64,000 nucleotides of DNA, from positions 860-64,859 of the forward strand of contig JAHZJL010000221.1 in NCBI GenBank assembly GCA_022600935.1, in the 5' to 3' direction. Numbering within the stretch: the first letter of the stretch is position 1; each line of letters starts with the position of its first letter. The notes below the pieces were generated by a model that was given only the letters and a program-made list of their open reading frames with translations, did no database searches and was not told the origin of the DNA. Shown here one piece after another: positions 61,502 to 64,000 of this stretch. Origin of the DNA: Gammaproteobacteria bacterium (GTDB lineage Bacteria > Pseudomonadota > Gammaproteobacteria > Methylococcales > DRLZ01). The translations under genes were made by a program, and so were the position numbers.

Positions 61502-61933
61502 CTATTTTTCGGTTTTGTTGCCCTCAGCAAGCCATTGTTGTATACCACCTTCCAGATTGTAAATTCTGTTTTGCAGATTGTGTTGTTGCAGCAGTTTTGC
61601 GGCACGACTGGAACGGCCTCCGGAACGGCAATAGAGTACAACAGGTTTATCGGTATTGCTGGTAATATTTTCGATATCCTTCAGAAACTGGTTTTCAACA
61701 GGTTGCATGTCTTGATTAAAAAACATGGCTTTTTTTGAGCCGGGAATGATACCGGTCGTATCCCATTCCTCAGGGGTGCGAACATCGATGACGATAGCAC
61801 CTTGTTGCTGGAGTTCCTGTAGCTGATTCGCGGTGATATCTGTGATTACCGGTTTGCTGGAGTCAGCAGTACAGGACAGGATATAGAATAGAGTCAAAAA
61901 AAAGACAATCAGGGTTTGATAAGGTCGGTGCAT
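61502..61933 (-). CDS. Exported single-domain rhodanese (sulfurtransferase)
   Basis: The track ORF (to 62164) is over-extended into the copZ promoter and start. The ATG at 61933 gives MHRPYQTLIVFFLTLFYILSC (signal/lipobox-like) followed by a rhodanese domain with the active-site loop YCRSGGRS. Confidence 0.8.
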   Translation of the reverse strand: MHRPYQTLIVFFLTLFYILSCTADSSKPVITDITANQLQELQQQGAIVIDVRTPEEWDTTGIIPGSKKAMFFNQDMQPVENQFLKDIENITSNTDKPVVLYCRSGGRSSRAAKLLQQHNLQNRIYNLEGGIQQWLAEGNKTEK

Positions 61934-62075
61934 GTTGCAGTCCTCTGCAGCTAAATTAACTATTTTGCGATGCAATCCTACCATACTCTTGATAGAAAAT
62001 GGGGATACAGCAATTGGTCCCGGATATGATAATGTAAGCATAAGCACACTGTGTAACAAATAATTGGAGTCTGCA

Positions 62076-62288
62076 ATGGAAACAATAGTACTGAATGTGA
62101 CAGGCATGAAATGTGGTGGTTGTGAGTCTGCTGTCAAGCAATCACTGGAGTCTCTGGATGGCATTGAAAAAGCTGTTCCGAATCACAAGCTCAGCAAGGT
62201 TGAAATTGCCTACAGCACAACCAGAGTCGATGTTGAACAAATGAAAAGTGCAGTCGAAACCCTGGGTTATAAGGTCCTCGCTGAATAA
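62076..62288 (+). CDS. copZ: Heavy-metal-associated copper chaperone (CopZ-like)
   Basis: 70 aa from the ATG at 62076 (a GGAG lies upstream), with the metal site GMKCGGCE. The track starts 12 nt earlier at a TTG. Confidence 0.85.
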   Translation: METIVLNVTGMKCGGCESAVKQSLESLDGIEKAVPNHKLSKVEIAYSTTRVDVEQMKSAVETLGYKVLAE

Positions 62289-62375
62289 ACAATAAGCAGA
62301 CTAAACATCATTGCGTTGAACTGAATGGTTGTATGCTGATCAAATTCAGCGCTCGATTGGAGGGTTAGTGAAACC

Positions 62376-64000
62376 ATGAGCAGTCAATCTCAATCACCAC
62401 ATCAGACCATACAATTGTCCATTTCAGGCATGTCTTGCGCTGGTTGCGTCAACAGTGTTGAGACAGCGTTAAACAGTGTTTCTGATGTTGTTACAGCCAC
62501 TGTCAATTTTGCCGATCATACCGCCAGTGTATCGACTCAATCAGGAATTGATACAGGGAATTTGATCAAAGCTGTACAGGATGCGGGTTATGAAGCAGCA
62601 GTCATGCAGGGTCTGGATGATTTGTCTGAACAGGAAGGCCTGGAAGAAAAGCATTATCAGGAGTTAAAAAAACAGGCTCTGATTGCTGCTGGTGCCGGAA
62701 TACCTTTGATGCTTGGTACGCACCTCAATCTGTTTTCATTTCCGGATTTGGGAACGACTTCAGGAACCCTGTTCTGGTTACTGATTTCAGTTGTCACTTT
62801 AGCGATCATGTGGTTTTCAGGCGGTCATTTCTATCGCGGAGCCATTAAAGCTTATCACTTGCGCCAGGCCAATATGGATACCCTGATTGCATTGGGCACG
62901 GGTGCAGCCTGGTTTTATTCCACCATCGTCATCGTGTTTTCTGACTGGTTACCGCCAATTGCCCGCCACGCTTATTTTGAAGCTGCAGTCATGATCCTGG
63001 CGTTTATCAATTTCGGTCAGGCGTTGGAAGTGCGCGCACGTGGACGAACCTCTAGCGCAATCCGCCAGTTAATCGGATTACAGCCCAAAACAGCACGAGT
63101 CGTCAGAAACGGCGAAGAGCTGGATGTTGCCATTGAACAGGTTGGACTGGAAGAAACCATCCGGGTCCGTCCCGGAGAGAAAATTCCTGTTGATGGTGAA
63201 TTGATCGACGGTCATTCAGCCATTGATGAGTCCATGTTGACTGGTGAAGCAATCCCGATAGAAAAAACAGTTGGAGATGAAGTGGTTGGCGGCTCAGTCA
63301 ATCTGACTGGATCATTTCTGTTTAAAGCGACCCGGATTGGGCGCGATACCGTATTGGCTCAAATTGTTCAAAGCGTGCGCCAGGCCCAAAGCAGCAAACC
63401 TGAGTTGGCACGCTTGGCGGATCAGATTGCCGCTGTATTTGTCCCGGTTGTTGTTGTGATCGCAGTGTTGACATTTTTTATCTGGCTGTCAATTGGACCC
63501 ACGCCTGCTATTGGCTATGCATTCGTGACTTCAATGACGGTACTGGTGATTGCCTGCCCGTGTGCATTAGGACTGGCAACACCCATCTCTGTCATGGTTG
63601 CAGTCGGCCGCGCCGCACAACAAGGCATTTTAATCCGCAACGGTGATGCGTTGCAGAGCGCAGAGAAAATTACCACAGTGGTTCTGGATAAAACAGGAAC
63701 CATTACAGAAGGCAGGCCGGAAGTGAATCAGGTGATTGCTATCGATGGTGTTAGTGAACAACATGTGCTGCAAATGGCCGCCAGTATCGAGCAAGGCTCT
63801 GAGCATCCGCTGGCATTGGCGATTGTGAAAGCTGCCAATAATAGGCAGCTGGACTTGTCACCAGCTGACAATTTCCAGTCGATTACTGGAAAAGGAGTTC
63901 AGGGAACCGTTAACGGACTGGTGTATCAGTTGGGCAATCAGGCCATGATGCAGCAAGGCGGTCTGAATTGCGGAGCAATGATTGAATTAATGGATCAACA
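62376..64000 (+). CDS. copA: Copper-translocating P1B-type ATPase CopA, N-terminal ~541 codons (runs off the right edge)
   Basis: Not in the track because there is no stop in the window. My translation from the ATG at 62376 gives an HMA domain (GMSCAGCV), a TGE loop (SMLTGEA), a CPC motif ([15 protein letters not shown]) and the phosphorylation site DKTGTIT. Confidence 0.93.
   Translation, partial: MSSQSQSPHQTIQLSISGMSCAGCVNSVETALNSVSDVVTATVNFADHTASVSTQSGIDTGNLIKAVQDAGYEAAVMQGLDDLSEQEGLEEKHYQELKKQALIAAGAGIPLMLGTHLNLFSFPDLGTTSGTLFWLLISVVTLAIMWFSGGHFYRGAIKAYHLRQANMDTLIALGTGAAWFYSTIVIVFSDWLPPIARHAYFEAAVMILAFINFGQALEVRARGRTSSAIRQLIGLQPKTARVVRNGEELDVAIEQVGLEETIRVRPGEKIPVDGELIDGHSAIDESMLTGEAIPIEKTVGDEVVGGSVNLTGSFLFKATRIGRDTVLAQIVQSVRQAQSSKPELARLADQIAAVFVPVVVVIAVLTFFIWLSIGPTPAIGYAFVTSMTVLVIACPCALGLATPISVMVAVGRAAQQGILIRNGDALQSAEKITTVVLDKTGTITEGRPEVNQVIAIDGVSEQHVLQMAASIEQGSEHPLALAIVKAANNRQLDLSPADNFQSITGKGVQGTVNGLVYQLGNQAMMQQGGLNCGAMIELMDQ

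Noticed and set aside
61934-62164. N-terminal 77-codon extension of the rhodanese ORF
   Set aside because: It would run antisense through the copZ start and promoter region. The internal ATG at 61933 is followed by a proper signal peptide.

Overview
This 64-kb window is a chromosomal segment, probably from a moderately AT-rich gammaproteobacterium. The taxon call is inference only. It rests on two Pseudomonas/Methylococcales-type gene orders, tsaE-amiC-mutL-miaA-hfq-hflX-hflK-hflC-hisZ-purA and lptM-lysA-dapF-DUF484-xerC, plus a hopanoid cluster and a haoAB pair. About three quarters of the window is ordinary housekeeping: nnr, the mutL/hfq/hfl superoperon, purA, a RegB/RegA-type two-component pair, prlC, ubiD, hemCDXY, dapF/lysA/xerC, mutM, hflD and zur.

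The accessory or specialised content is as follows:
- A large DUF11-repeat surface protein runs off the left edge. It is missing from the ORF track.
- An octaheme hydroxylamine-oxidoreductase module (haoA-haoB) has no c554/cM552 genes behind it.
- An orphan 506-aa polytopic membrane protein sits behind an 0.8-kb AT-rich gap.
- An AT-rich islet carries an exosortase/EpsI fusion and a FemAB-like acyltransferase, bounded by a decayed IS3-family element.
- A roughly 13-kb hopanoid locus contains sqs-shc-hpnG-hpnN-hpnO plus an extra GT4 and a 125-aa unknown, with ispH-hpnH-hpnB-like divergent from it.
- A tiny secreted Gly/Tyr/Arg-rich protein has a terminator-like leader hairpin.
- A rhodanese/copZ/copA copper module runs off the right edge.

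I saw no rRNA, tRNA or CRISPR array by eye. I did not find a clear multi-gene novel system. The candidates most worth follow-up are:
- the orphan membrane protein (6439-7959)
- the nested inverted-repeat, structured-RNA-like element at 28.1 kb
- the minimal exosortase islet
- the undescribed tail genes of the hopanoid operon
- the G/Y/R-rich secreted peptide with its leader

All functional calls come from motif recognition and synteny by eye. No database search was run.
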